This document shows positions 28,139 through 39,200 of a stretch of 64,000 bases of DNA, piece after piece (the first letter of the stretch is position 1; every line of letters starts with the position of its first letter). The stretch spans positions 9,791-73,790 of the forward strand of contig CAZDEL010000005.1 in the NCBI GenBank assembly GCA_964504475.1, written 5' to 3'. A program made the translations under genes and the position numbers. The stretch is from an uncultured Faecalibacterium sp. (GTDB taxonomy: Bacteria > Bacillota > Clostridia > Oscillospirales > Acutalibacteraceae). The notes under the pieces are model-generated. The model ran no database searches. It worked only from the letters and a program-made list of their open reading frames with translations, and was not told the DNA's origin.

Positions 28139-29494
28139 ATGAAATTATATAATGTTAAAGATTTTGGCGCATTGGCAGACGGCAGCACCGATGACGGTGA
28201 AGCCATACAAAAGGCAATTGATGCCTGCTACGAAAACGGTGGCGGCAGGGTACTAATAGAAAGCGGCAAATATTATAGCCGCTCTATAGCCTTAAAGGAA
28301 AATGTTGAGCTTCATTTGCAAAAGGGCGCTGTGCTTAAAGCCAGCAGCGATATTGACTCATACATAAGACCCTGCGAGACAATTAACGACCCTAAAACAG
28401 CCCTCGTTGGCAACCCTGTCACAGGAAAGCCCTCCTTTGCCTTTATTTACGGCTATGGTGCTCACGGTGCTGTTATAAGCGGTGAGGGCACTATTGACGC
28501 TAACTGCTATGCCTTTGTTGAAAGAAAAAGCAAATATTATGTCACAGGCAATTTTTATCCCAGACCCACAGTGATTTATATTGAAAACTCAAATCACATA
28601 ACAGTTAAGGATGTCACAATTAAGGATGCACCCTTTTGGACACTTCACCCTGCCGGCTGTGACGATGTGCTCATAAGCAATATCAGGATACTCAACCCTA
28701 TAGATGTTGCCAACAGTGATGGCATTGACCCTGACCATTGTTCAAATGTGAGAATTATAGGCTGTCATGTGGTCTGCGCCGATGACTGCATTTGCCTTAA
28801 AGCCTCAAAGGGCAATAGCGAATATGGCCCAACGGAGAATGTAATTATAAGCGATTGCACTCTCACATCAACCTCAGCTGCTATTAAGATTGGTACTGAG
28901 GGTGTGGGTGACTTTAGAAATGTAATCGTCTCAAATTGCACCATCTCCAAATCAAACAGGGGCATTTCCATTCAAATAAGAGATGGCGGCAATGTGGAGA
29001 ATGTCTCCTTTAATAATATAATTATTGAGACAAGACGCTTTTGTCCTGACTGGTGGGGCAGTGCCGAGCCTATTGCTGTGACTGCCTTTAGACGAGACGA
29101 AAACACCGTCTGCGGTCATGTTAAAAATATACGCTTTAGTAACATTATCTGCAAGGGCGAAAACGGTGTGCTCATTCACGGCACAAAGGATAACCCAATT
29201 GAAAATGTGCATTTTGAAAATGTGCAGGTCACTTTAAACAAAACCTCAAAATGGGATTGCGGACTTTACGATTTGCGTCCGGCAATAGATTATGGCTTAA
29301 AGGACAGCAAAAACTCCTGCATTTATATTAAAAATGCCGTTGATGTAACAATTGAAAAGACTACGGCAGGGTACGAAAACACCTGTAGTGACTATGCTTA
29401 TGGCCTATATGCGGAAAATGTCAAGGGTCTTGATATGATACGCTTTAAATGCGAAAGTGCAGCAGAGGAATACGAAAGCATAAAAATTATTTAA
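28139..29494 (+). CDS. Glycoside hydrolase family 28 / pectin-lyase-fold protein
   Basis: N-terminal VKDFGALADGSTDDGEAIQKAI. GH28-like NSDGIDPD, ADDCICLK and AIKIGTE motifs in a parallel beta-helix repeat pattern. No signal peptide. Confidence 0.7.
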   Translation: MKLYNVKDFGALADGSTDDGEAIQKAIDACYENGGGRVLIESGKYYSRSIALKENVELHLQKGAVLKASSDIDSYIRPCETINDPKTALVGNPVTGKPSFAFIYGYGAHGAVISGEGTIDANCYAFVERKSKYYVTGNFYPRPTVIYIENSNHITVKDVTIKDAPFWTLHPAGCDDVLISNIRILNPIDVANSDGIDPDHCSNVRIIGCHVVCADDCICLKASKGNSEYGPTENVIISDCTLTSTSAAIKIGTEGVGDFRNVIVSNCTISKSNRGISIQIRDGGNVENVSFNNIIIETRRFCPDWWGSAEPIAVTAFRRDENTVCGHVKNIRFSNIICKGENGVLIHGTKDNPIENVHFENVQVTLNKTSKWDCGLYDLRPAIDYGLKDSKNSCIYIKNAVDVTIEKTTAGYENTCSDYAYGLYAENVKGLDMIRFKCESAAEEYESIKII

Positions 29495-29572
29495 GAAAAA
29501 ACTGAAAAAGCCTTTACAGTTAAGGTTATATTTAGTAAAATGGTGTAAAAGAAGGTATGGAGGTATTTTACC

Positions 29573-30277
29573 ATGGCAGTTAAATATAAGAGAATACTCC
29601 TTAAAATAAGCGGCGAGGTTTTAGCCGGTGAAGAAGGTAAGGGTATAAATTTTGATGTTGCAAATGAAATTTGCACTGTAATAAAAAAGTGTGTTGACCT
29701 TGGCACTCAGGTGGGTCTTGTTGTCGGTGGCGGCAACTTCTGGCGCGGAAGAAGCTCGGGCAAAATGGACAGAAGCAGAGCCGATCAAATGGGTATGCTT
29801 GCGACCTGTATAAACGCTTTAGCTCTTTGTGACACTCTTGAGCAGTTAGGCGTTAAGGCAAGTGTGCTCACAGCCTTTTCAATGCCACAGGTTGCTGAGA
29901 CCTTCTCAAAAAGAGCAGCAGTTGAGCACCTTGAAAAGGGTGAGGTTGTGATTTTCGGCTGCGGAACAGGTCTTCCATTCTTCTCAACTGACACAACAGC
30001 AGCTCTTCGTGCCGCTGAAATAGAGGCAGAGGTTATATTTAAGGCAACTAATGTTGACGGTGTTTATGACAAAGACCCCAATAAATTCAGTGACGCAATT
30101 AAATATGACGAGCTTACACACTCCGAGGTTCTCGCAAAGGGTCTCAAGGTTATGGACGCTACAGCAGCTTCACTTTGCAGAGACAATGATATTAACATCC
30201 TTGTGTTTAATCTTAACGACCCTGAAAACATCGTTAGAGCACTTCAAGGCGAAAAAATAGGCACAACAGTAAAATAA
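29573..30277 (+). CDS. pyrH: UMP kinase
   Basis: [15 protein letters not shown] and [10 protein letters not shown] motifs. Confidence 0.9.
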   Translation: MAVKYKRILLKISGEVLAGEEGKGINFDVANEICTVIKKCVDLGTQVGLVVGGGNFWRGRSSGKMDRSRADQMGMLATCINALALCDTLEQLGVKASVLTAFSMPQVAETFSKRAAVEHLEKGEVVIFGCGTGLPFFSTDTTAALRAAEIEAEVIFKATNVDGVYDKDPNKFSDAIKYDELTHSEVLAKGLKVMDATAASLCRDNDINILVFNLNDPENIVRALQGEKIGTTVK

Positions 30278-30329
30278 TGCTAATGGCATTTAAAATAGCT
30301 TAAACTTTTAAATAAGAGAGGAATTTATT

Positions 30330-30884
30330 ATGAAAACAGTATTTGAAACCGCTAAGACAAAAATGGGCAAGTCAATAAACGCCCTTAAAAGTGAATACGC
30401 TGCAATTCGTGCAGGCAGAGCAAACCCACAAATTCTCGACAAGCTTACAGTTGATTATTACGGCACACCAACTCCCGTAAATCAGCTTGGCTCAATTTCC
30501 GTCGCTGAGGCAAGGATACTTGTTATCCAGCCATGGGACAAGTCAGTTCTCAAAGCAATTGAGAAGGCTATTCAGACCTCAGATATAGGCATTAACCCTC
30601 AAAACGACGGCTCAGTTATCAGACTTACCTTCCCACCGTTAACAGAGGACAGAAGAAAAGAGCTTGTTAAGGATATCCAAAAAATTGGTGAAAACTCAAA
30701 GGTTGCAATTCGCTCCATTCGTCGTGACTGTTTAGAAAAGCTCAAGGCAATGAAGAAGGCATCTGAAATTACAGAGGATGACCTTAAAGACGGCGAAAAG
30801 GAAATCCAGAAGATCACTGACGGCTTTATTAAGGAAGTTGACGATATCTCCAATGTAAAGCAAAAGGAAATCATGGAAATCTAA
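30330..30884 (+). CDS. frr: Ribosome recycling factor
   Basis: 184 aa with RAGRANPQILD and LTEDRRKELVK motifs. Follows pyrH. Confidence 0.9.
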   Translation: MKTVFETAKTKMGKSINALKSEYAAIRAGRANPQILDKLTVDYYGTPTPVNQLGSISVAEARILVIQPWDKSVLKAIEKAIQTSDIGINPQNDGSVIRLTFPPLTEDRRKELVKDIQKIGENSKVAIRSIRRDCLEKLKAMKKASEITEDDLKDGEKEIQKITDGFIKEVDDISNVKQKEIMEI

Positions 30885-30951
30885 GTGAACAACAAACAGT
30901 GGCTATCTCAGAGGTAGCCACTGTATAATCATTTTTTAGGGTAGGTGTATC

Positions 30952-31674
30952 ATGGCAATATCAAAGGAAAATTTACCGCAGCATGTTGCAATTATTATGG
31001 ACGGCAACGGCCGTTGGGCTAAGCAAAGAGGACTTAAACGCACCGAAGGACATAAGGTCGGTGCAGAGGTTTTCAGAGACATTGCAAAATATTGCAGCGA
31101 TCTTGGCATAAAGCATGTCACATTTTATGCTTTCTCCACAGAAAACTGGAAGCGCTCAAAAACTGAGGTTGCGGCAATAATGAACCTTTTTAGAAAGTAT
31201 CTCGATGAGATGCAGCGCAGAGCCGAGGAAAATGAAGAAGCAGGCTATAATATTCGCTTTATCGGCTCAAGAAAGGGTATGCCAAAGGACATAGTCAAGC
31301 TTATGGACACTGTTGAGGAACGCTCAAAGGACAAAAGCAACACCTATGTTAACCTTGCCATTAACTATGGCGGCAGAGCTGAGATAGTCGAGAGTGTGAA
31401 GAAAATTGCCCAAAAGGTCAAGGACGGCACACTTAAAATAGACGATATAACCGAGGACACTATCTCTGATGGGATTTACACCGCAGGTCAGCCTGACCCT
31501 GATTTAATTATAAGACCCAGCGGAGAATATAGACTTTCTAATTTTCTTCTTTGGCAATCGGCGTATTCGGAGATTTATATTGATGACGTGCTGTGGCCGG
31601 ATTATAAAAAAGAGGATTTAGACAAGGCGCTCGAGGCGTACGCAAAAAGAAACAGACGCTTTGGCGGAGTGTAA
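30952..31674 (+). CDS. uppS: Undecaprenyl-diphosphate synthase (cis-isoprenyl transferase)
   Basis: HVAIIMDGNGRWA, FSTENWKR and RLSNFLLWQ motifs. Confidence 0.9.
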   Translation: MAISKENLPQHVAIIMDGNGRWAKQRGLKRTEGHKVGAEVFRDIAKYCSDLGIKHVTFYAFSTENWKRSKTEVAAIMNLFRKYLDEMQRRAEENEEAGYNIRFIGSRKGMPKDIVKLMDTVEERSKDKSNTYVNLAINYGGRAEIVESVKKIAQKVKDGTLKIDDITEDTISDGIYTAGQPDPDLIIRPSGEYRLSNFLLWQSAYSEIYIDDVLWPDYKKEDLDKALEAYAKRNRRFGGV

Positions 31675-31732
31675 CATAAAAGAATTGGAAAAATCTGTGA
31701 CAAAATAAATATATATAATACAGGTGAGAGTT

Positions 31733-32644
31733 ATGAGTGAAACGAAAGAGAAAAAGAAGCTGTTTAAGGGCGAAAGAACCGCATCAACAATAATTATTAT
31801 TTTGGCGCTTATTGTTTTTTTGCTGCTTATTATATTTGATATTACCCCTGCGGTGACACTGGTGCTTGCAGCGCTTGCGGCGACGGCAACCTTTGAGGTG
31901 GTCAGAGCTGTTGGCACTAAAAGTAAGCTTTTGTTTGTCATTGCCTGTGCTGTGAGTGCTCTCACAGTTGTCTTTGAGGGCTTTTCGGTACCATTGCCGA
32001 GTTCTTCGGTGATATACTGTTTATATGCCTTAGTTCTAATGAGCATAATGGTCTTCTTCAATAAGGATATTAAATTTACACATTGTGCCACAGCATTTTT
32101 CGCATCTATGGCATTGCCCTTTGCATTTTTGTGCTTTTTAAGGCTCAATAATATTAACAGCTGGTTTGAGGGCTACACACATCAAGAGGGCATTTTCTTC
32201 GTTGGTCTTGGCTTTGCCTGCTCATGGCTTACAGATTCCTTCGCATATCTTGTTGGCAAAAAATTTGGCAAGCATAAAATGGCACCTGTCATTAGCCCTA
32301 AAAAGTCCATTGAAGGCGCAGTTGGTGGCGTAGTTTGTGCTGCCGCACTTAATATGCTCTATCTTTATCTTTTCATAATCGGCTGTAGATATCTTTATGA
32401 TTACAACCTTTTTGGCGAAAGCAAGATGCACATTCTGTTTATAATTCCCATATCAATGGCATTGTCATGCGTTAGCATGGTGGGCGACCTTGCTGCAAGT
32501 GTTATAAAGAGAAACTTCGGCATTAAGGATTATAGTCAGCTCCTTCCCGGTCACGGAGGAATTATGGATCGTTTTGACAGCTGCGTTTTCGTACTGCCCA
32601 CACTTTATTGCATACTTAAGCTCATTGCAGAGTATACAGCTTAA
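31733..32644 (+). CDS. cdsA: Phosphatidate cytidylyltransferase
   Basis: SVIKRNFGIKDYSQLLPGHGGIMDRFDS signature. ATG 31733 with an AGGTGAG RBS is preferred over GTG 31724. Confidence 0.85.
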   Translation: MSETKEKKKLFKGERTASTIIIILALIVFLLLIIFDITPAVTLVLAALAATATFEVVRAVGTKSKLLFVIACAVSALTVVFEGFSVPLPSSSVIYCLYALVLMSIMVFFNKDIKFTHCATAFFASMALPFAFLCFLRLNNINSWFEGYTHQEGIFFVGLGFACSWLTDSFAYLVGKKFGKHKMAPVISPKKSIEGAVGGVVCAAALNMLYLYLFIIGCRYLYDYNLFGESKMHILFIIPISMALSCVSMVGDLAASVIKRNFGIKDYSQLLPGHGGIMDRFDSCVFVLPTLYCILKLIAEYTA

Positions 32645-32667
32645 AACTTGATGAAAGAGGAAAAACC

Positions 32668-33816
32668 ATGGCACAAAAACTTTCCATCTTAGGCTCAACA
32701 GGGTCTATTGGTACTCAAAGCCTTGATGTTGCCGAAAAACGAAATTATGAAGTTATAGCACTCACCGCCGGCAGCAATGCGAAGCTTCTTGAAGAACAAA
32801 TAAGAAAATATAAGCCTAAGCTCGCTGCATTGGCTGACGAAAAGGCTGCCGAAAGCCTTAAAATAGCCGTTAAGGACACAGACACAAAGGTTTTGTCCGG
32901 CATAAAGGGTGTTTGTGAATGTGCGGCGGCAGAGCAGGCTGACACAGTTATAAATGCTATAGTTGGCATTGCCGGTCTTGTGCCAACCCTTACGGCAATT
33001 GATTGCAAAAAAACTATTGCTTTAGCAAATAAGGAAACCCTCGTTGCAGGCGGTCAGCTTGTTATGAATAAGGCTAAGGAAAAGGGTGTTAAAATTTTGC
33101 CTGTTGACAGTGAGCACAGTGCAATTTTTCAATGCCTTGAGGGTATGAATAAAAAGGACGAATTAAAGTCAATTATATTAACAGCCTCAGGTGGGCCGTT
33201 TTTTGGCAAGACAAGACAGGAGCTTAAAGATGTCACTGCACAGCAGGCTCTAAAGCACCCTAATTGGGAAATGGGTGCAAAGATAACCGTTGACAGTGCC
33301 ACAATGATGAATAAGGGTCTTGAGCTTATTGAAGCGGTGTGGCTTTTTGATGTTGAGCCTGATATGGTTGACATTGTGGTTCACAGAGAGAGTGTTATTC
33401 ACTCCCTCATAGAGTATAAGGATAACTCGGTTATCGCTCAGCTGGGGGTACCGGATATGAGAATACCTATCCAGTACGCCTTGACTTATCCTGAAAGATA
33501 TGAGTCACCGGTTAAAAAGCTCAATCTTTGGGAGTATGCTAATCTTACATTTTACAAGCCGGATTATGACACCTTCAGGTGCATAAATGTTTGCCGCAAT
33601 GCCATTAAAAAAGGTGGACTTTATCCTTGTGTGGCAAACGGTGCAAACGAAATAGCAAACTATCTTTTCCGACAGGGCAAAATAGGCTTTTTGGATGTTG
33701 CTGACTTAGTTGAAAGTGCCACTGAAAATGCACCTAAGTGCGACAGCTACACATTACAGGATGTGCTTGAGGCTGATAAGCAGGCAAGAAGCTTTGTTGA
33801 AAAAACATATAAATAA
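32668..33816 (+). CDS. dxr: 1-deoxy-D-xylulose-5-phosphate reductoisomerase
   Basis: LSILGSTGSIGTQSLDV, LANKE and PVDSEHSAIFQC motifs. Confidence 0.9.
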   Translation: MAQKLSILGSTGSIGTQSLDVAEKRNYEVIALTAGSNAKLLEEQIRKYKPKLAALADEKAAESLKIAVKDTDTKVLSGIKGVCECAAAEQADTVINAIVGIAGLVPTLTAIDCKKTIALANKETLVAGGQLVMNKAKEKGVKILPVDSEHSAIFQCLEGMNKKDELKSIILTASGGPFFGKTRQELKDVTAQQALKHPNWEMGAKITVDSATMMNKGLELIEAVWLFDVEPDMVDIVVHRESVIHSLIEYKDNSVIAQLGVPDMRIPIQYALTYPERYESPVKKLNLWEYANLTFYKPDYDTFRCINVCRNAIKKGGLYPCVANGANEIANYLFRQGKIGFLDVADLVESATENAPKCDSYTLQDVLEADKQARSFVEKTYK

Positions 33817-33835
33817 TATAGATCAGGTGAAGCTT

Positions 33836-35155
33836 ATGAACGCAAATTTACTTCTTTGTGTTGCCGATGTTTTTAAAGGCAAAATTTTACCACTTATAAT
33901 TGCAATACTGTTTTTTGGCTTAATTATATTTATTCACGAGTTTGGACATTTTATTTTTGCAAAGCTCTTTGGTGTAAAGGTCAATGAGTTTGCTTTAGGT
34001 ATGGGCCCCACTATATTAAAAAAGCAGGGCAAGGAAACAGTATATGCCTTGAGGCTTTTTCCTATAGGTGGCTTTGTTGCAATGGAAGGCGAGGAAGAAG
34101 CAAGCGAAGACAATCGAGCCTTTTGCAATCAAAAGGTTTGGAAAAGAATGATAATTATTGCCGCCGGCGCAGTCTTTAATCTTATTTTAGGCTTAATTAT
34201 CTGCGTGGCTATTGTTTGCAATGGTGATCTTGTTGGTACGACAAAGGTAGCGCAATTTTATGACGTTGCCGTTAGCAATCATGAGGGCGGCCTTATGGTC
34301 GGCGACCGTATAATTAAAATTGACGGCAAGAGAGTTTTTTCTGACTATGATATAACCTATTTAATGCAAAGAAATGCCGATGCCACATATGAGATGGTGG
34401 TTGAGCGTGACGGTGAAAAAATAACCCTTGATAAGGTCAGCTTTGCAAAAAGGACAAGCGGCAACTTTAGCTATAGTGAGGACTGTGTGTTAAGTAATGT
34501 CAGCGCAAACATGAAGGATTACGGCATGAAGGACGGTGACAAAATCCTCACTATTAATGGCATAAAGGTGTCAAACTCCACTGATTTAGTCAACGAGATT
34601 GGCAAGGGCAGGGAAAATAACTTCGTTTTTGACTTTACTGTTGAGCGTGACGGTGAGACAATTTCCCTTGAAAAAGTGGAAATGATGTCAGTGACAGTTT
34701 TCGACTTCAGTATTTTAGGTGAAAAAAGGAATGTTTTAAATGTTACAAAAAATGCCTTCGGTTATGCTTTCACTCTTGGAAGGCTGGTATATTTAAGCCT
34801 GTTTGATCTTTTAAGAGGTCAATATGGCATGAATGACCTTGCAGGCCCTATTGGTACAATATCAGTTATAACGGATATGGCACAAGAGAGCATAGCAACC
34901 TTTGACTGGTCATCAATGTTTTTGATTATGGCAATGATAACTATAAATATAGGCTTATTTAATCTTCTCCCTGTGCCGGCTCTTGACGGCGGTCATTTGT
35001 TCTTCATGTTCTTCGAGCTGATTTTCAGAAGAAAAATACCGGCAAAATATGAAAGCTACATTCACACCGCAGGTCTTGTTTTGCTTTTGATTTTTATGGC
35101 TATTATCTCAGCGAGTGACATTTGGAAGCTTATCTCAGGCAGAGGCTTTTATTAA
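33836..35155 (+). CDS. rseP: Site-2 (RIP) zinc metalloprotease RseP/RasP
   Basis: HEFGHF zinc motif, an internal PDZ-like region and NLLPVPALDGG. ATG 33836 with an AGGTGA RBS. The track start 33710 overlaps dxr by 107 nt. Confidence 0.8.
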   Translation: MNANLLLCVADVFKGKILPLIIAILFFGLIIFIHEFGHFIFAKLFGVKVNEFALGMGPTILKKQGKETVYALRLFPIGGFVAMEGEEEASEDNRAFCNQKVWKRMIIIAAGAVFNLILGLIICVAIVCNGDLVGTTKVAQFYDVAVSNHEGGLMVGDRIIKIDGKRVFSDYDITYLMQRNADATYEMVVERDGEKITLDKVSFAKRTSGNFSYSEDCVLSNVSANMKDYGMKDGDKILTINGIKVSNSTDLVNEIGKGRENNFVFDFTVERDGETISLEKVEMMSVTVFDFSILGEKRNVLNVTKNAFGYAFTLGRLVYLSLFDLLRGQYGMNDLAGPIGTISVITDMAQESIATFDWSSMFLIMAMITINIGLFNLLPVPALDGGHLFFMFFELIFRRKIPAKYESYIHTAGLVLLLIFMAIISASDIWKLISGRGFY

Positions 35156-35198
35156 AAAGAAAAGATAGCTAATCTTTTCGGAAGGGTTTGACAAAATT

Positions 35199-36251
35199 AT
35201 GATTGACAGGAGAAAATCAAAAAAAATAAAGGTTGGCAACATATATATTGGCGGTGACAGCAAAATCACAGTGCAGTCAATGCTCAATATACCCTCGCAG
35301 GATAGTGATGGCAATGTTAAGCAGGCACTAAAGCTGGAAAAGGCAGGCTGTGAAATTATCCGCCTTGCTGTGCCCGATATGCAAAGTGTAAACACTATTT
35401 TGGCACTAAAGGAGAATATTAAAATTCCCGTTGTAGCCGACATACATTTTGACTATAAGTTAGCTCTCGCTTCCCTTGAAGCGGGCGTAGATAAAATCCG
35501 CATTAACCCGGGCAACATTGGCGCAGATGAAAATGTTAAGGCTGTGGCTAATGCTTGCAAAAATAAGGGTGTACCAATAAGAATCGGCGTAAATTCCGGC
35601 TCAGTCGAAAAAGATATTTTGGCAAAGTACGGCGGCCCAACACCTGAGGCAATGGCAGAAAGTGCAATGTATCATGTAAGGCTTTTGGAAAAATTTGACT
35701 TTGATGATATTGTTATCTCCATTAAGTCATCAAATGTCTCTAATATGATTGAAGCTTATGAGAGAGTCGCTGAGATTTGCGATTACCCACTTCACCTTGG
35801 TGTCACCGAGGCCGGTACAAGAAGAATGGGGCTTATTAAGTCCAGCGTCGGCATAGGCTCACTTATTACACGAGGCATAGGTGACACAATAAGAGTGTCG
35901 TTGACAGCCGACCCCACTGAGGAGGTTTATGCCGGATTTGACATATTAAAGGCCGTGGGCGTAGATAACTCTACACCGAGGCTTGTGTCCTGCCCGACCT
36001 GTGGCAGAACTAAAATTGACCTTATCTCCCTTGCCGACGAGGTGGAAAACCGACTCAGAGATGTGAAAAAGAACATAACCGTCGCTGTTATGGGCTGCAT
36101 CGTCAACGGCCCGGGCGAAGCCAAGGAAGCCGATATAGGCATTGCAGGCGGCGACAAAAGCGGACTTATCTTTAAAAAGGGCGAGGTTTTAAGGAAGGTA
36201 AGCGAAAACGAAATAGTTGACGAGCTAATGAAAGAAATAGAAAAGCTTTAA
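35199..36251 (+). CDS. ispG: HMBPP synthase (GcpE)
   Basis: VQSM, IRLAVPD, INPGNIG and CPTCGRT motifs. Confidence 0.9.
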   Translation: MIDRRKSKKIKVGNIYIGGDSKITVQSMLNIPSQDSDGNVKQALKLEKAGCEIIRLAVPDMQSVNTILALKENIKIPVVADIHFDYKLALASLEAGVDKIRINPGNIGADENVKAVANACKNKGVPIRIGVNSGSVEKDILAKYGGPTPEAMAESAMYHVRLLEKFDFDDIVISIKSSNVSNMIEAYERVAEICDYPLHLGVTEAGTRRMGLIKSSVGIGSLITRGIGDTIRVSLTADPTEEVYAGFDILKAVGVDNSTPRLVSCPTCGRTKIDLISLADEVENRLRDVKKNITVAVMGCIVNGPGEAKEADIGIAGGDKSGLIFKKGEVLRKVSENEIVDELMKEIEKL

Positions 36252-36263
36252 TATAGGTGAATA

Positions 36264-39200
36264 ATGAGCAGCAATTTTGAGAGCCTTTTTGGGGTGTTTG
36301 AAAACGAAAAGCTCCACGAGGCATTTAGCGAATGTAAAATTGAAAATGTAAGAATATCCATGGAAAAAAAGAGCGTTGAGATAGACGCTCTGTTTCCACA
36401 TATGGTGACATATAGATATATAGACGAGGCTCAGCGTGTACTTTGCCAAAATCTTTTAGTGGGCAGTGTTAAGATTGAGAGCAAAATGCCGCCGGAAAGC
36501 TTTAGCGAGGAGTATTTTTCTTCTCTTATAAAGCAGACCAATGAGCTGCTTGCTGCGACAAACGGCTTTTTTGAGGGAAGTACCTGTCACTTTGACGGCA
36601 AAAATCTTTCAATTGAGCTGACTCACGGCGGCAAGGATGTCCTTGACAGCATAGGCGCAAAGGAGCTTATGCAAAGGATAATTCTTCAAAGGTTTTCCCG
36701 TGAAGTCAATGTTGATTTTTGCGGCAAAACTGAAATTGCTCTTGAGGATGAGCAGGTCACAAATATGATTAAAACCTCCGAGGAGGAAAATCTCCGCTCA
36801 AAGGGCATTGACCCGGCAACTGTTAATCAGCCAAAGCCAAAGGAGCATAAAATAGTCGAGGGCATACCTCTTTATTTAGAGACTGCAAAGCCGATTTATG
36901 GCACTAAAATAACAAAAAATCCTAAGCCGTTAAACGAGATTGCTCCCGACGAAGGCAGCTGTGTTGTTTGGGGTGATGTTTTCGGCTTTGACAGCAGAGA
37001 GACAAGAGACGGCAGAAGCCTTATTATAACCTTTAATATAACCGACGGCACATATTCCTACACCTGTAAGGTCTTTGAAAGAAAAGAAGACTGCGAAATT
37101 ATTATGAAGCGCATTAAAAACGGTGTAACGGTAATGCTCAGAGGCGACCTTCGCTTTGATAAATTTTCCGGGGAAAATGTTATCTCACCAAGGGCTATAT
37201 CTTTAGTTGAGAAAATCCCTAAAATGGATAATGCCGAGGAAAAGAGAGTTGAGCTGCACCTTCATACAAAGATGTCTATGATGGACGGTGTAACAGATGC
37301 CGCAGTTCTCGTTAAAAGAGCTATTGAGTGGGGTCATAAGGCAATTGCCATTACAGACCACGGTGTCGTTCAGGCGTACCCCGAGGCGGTCAAAGCAGCC
37401 GGTGGCAAGATTAAAATAATCTATGGCATGGAAGGCTACTTTGTTGATGACACTGAGCAAAGCTTTGATGATTGGAAAAAATCAAAAAATAAATACTACC
37501 ATCAAATAATTTTAGCTCGAAACTCCACAGGACTTAAAAATCTTTATAAGCTCATAACTTTGTCAAACCTTGAGTATTTCCACAGAAGACCAATTGTGCC
37601 GAAAAGTGAGCTTATAAAGCACAGAGAAGGTCTGATTATTGGCTCAGCCTGTGAAGCCGGTGAGCTTTACAGAGCTATTGTCGCAGGGGAGAGCAACGAA
37701 AAAATAATGGAGATAGCTTCATTTTATGACTATCTTGAGATTCAGCCCTGTGGCAATAACGAGTATATGATAAGAAGCGAAAAATTCCCCAATGTTCAAA
37801 GCGTTGCGGATATACAAAGCTTCAACCGCAAGGTTATACATATTGCCGATGCCTTAGGCAAACCTGTAGTTGCAACCTGTGACGTACACTTTATTGACCC
37901 GGGTGATGCAAAATTCAGAGCAATACTTATGGCGGGACAAGGCTTTACAGATGCGGATAATCAAGCACCCCTTTATTTCCGCACAACAGAAGAAATGCTT
38001 TCTGAGTTCTCATATCTCGGTGAGGAGACGGCAAAGGAAATAGTTATAACCAACACAAACAAGATTGCGGATATGATCGAGACTATCATACCTATTCCCC
38101 ATGGCAATTTCCCGCCGAGCTTAGAGGGCGCAGATGAGGAGCTGACGAGGCTTTGCTGGGACAAGGCAAAGGCACTTTATGGTGATCCTGTTCCAACATA
38201 TGTTGCCGAGCGTCTTGAAAAGGAGCTGACATCAATTATAAAGCACGGCTTCGGCGTACTTTATATGATCGCCCAAAAGCTTGTGCAAAACTCAGAGGAG
38301 CATGGCTATCATGTTGGCTCAAGAGGCTCCGTTGGCTCATCTTATGTTGCCAACGCTTCGGGCATATCCGAGGTTAACCCCTTAGCGCCACATTACAGAT
38401 GCCCCGAATGTAGATATAATGAGTTCTTCCTAAACGGTGAGGTTGGCTCAGGCTATGACCTGCCGCCTAAAAATTGTCCCAAATGCGGCACACCAATGGC
38501 AAGAGACGGTCACGATATTCCCTTTGAGACCTTCCTTGGCTTTAAGGGAGACAAAAGCCCTGATATTGACCTTAACTTTTCAGGCGAATATCAATCGAGA
38601 GCCCATAAATACACAGAGACACTTTTCGGTGACGGTCACGTTTTTAAGGCGGGTACTATTGCAAGTGTCGCTGACAAAACGGCTTACGGCTATGTTAAAA
38701 AGTACCTCGCAGAAAGAGGTTGTGTTGTGAGCAAGGCCGAGGAAGACAGACTCACTATCGGCTGCACCGGTGTTAAAAGGACAACAGGTCAGCACCCGGG
38801 CGGCATGGTTGTTGTGCCCGACATATTTGAAGCGTCTGACTTTACACCTGTCCAGCACCCTGCCGATGACAGCAAGAGCGACACGAGAACCACTCACTTT
38901 GACTTCCACGCACTACATGATACCATTCTTAAGCTTGATAATCTGGGTCATGATGTTCCCTCTCTTTATAAGCATTTAGAGGATTTAACCGGCATACCTG
39001 TCATGGACACAGATATATGTGACCCTAAGGTTTATCAGCTTCTTGAAAGCCCCGAGCCCTTAGGTGTTACGGCAGAGGATATTGATTGCCCCTTGGGTAC
39101 TCTTTCCATTCCCGAAATGGGTACACCCTTTGTTATACAAATGCTCCTTGATGCTAAGCCTAAAAATTTCTCCGACCTTTTGCAGGTTTCAGGTCTGTCT

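Noticed and set aside
33710-33835. N-terminal extensions offered by the ORF track for rseP, and likewise for pyrD (51024), pyrI (54206), spoIVA (43874), the ybaK-like gene (18388), the orphan gene (56852), phd (59265) and the DUF4177 gene (56668).
   Set aside because: The extensions overlap the upstream gene or a promoter and lack an SD sequence. In each case an internal ATG has a good RBS and gives the N-terminus expected for the family.
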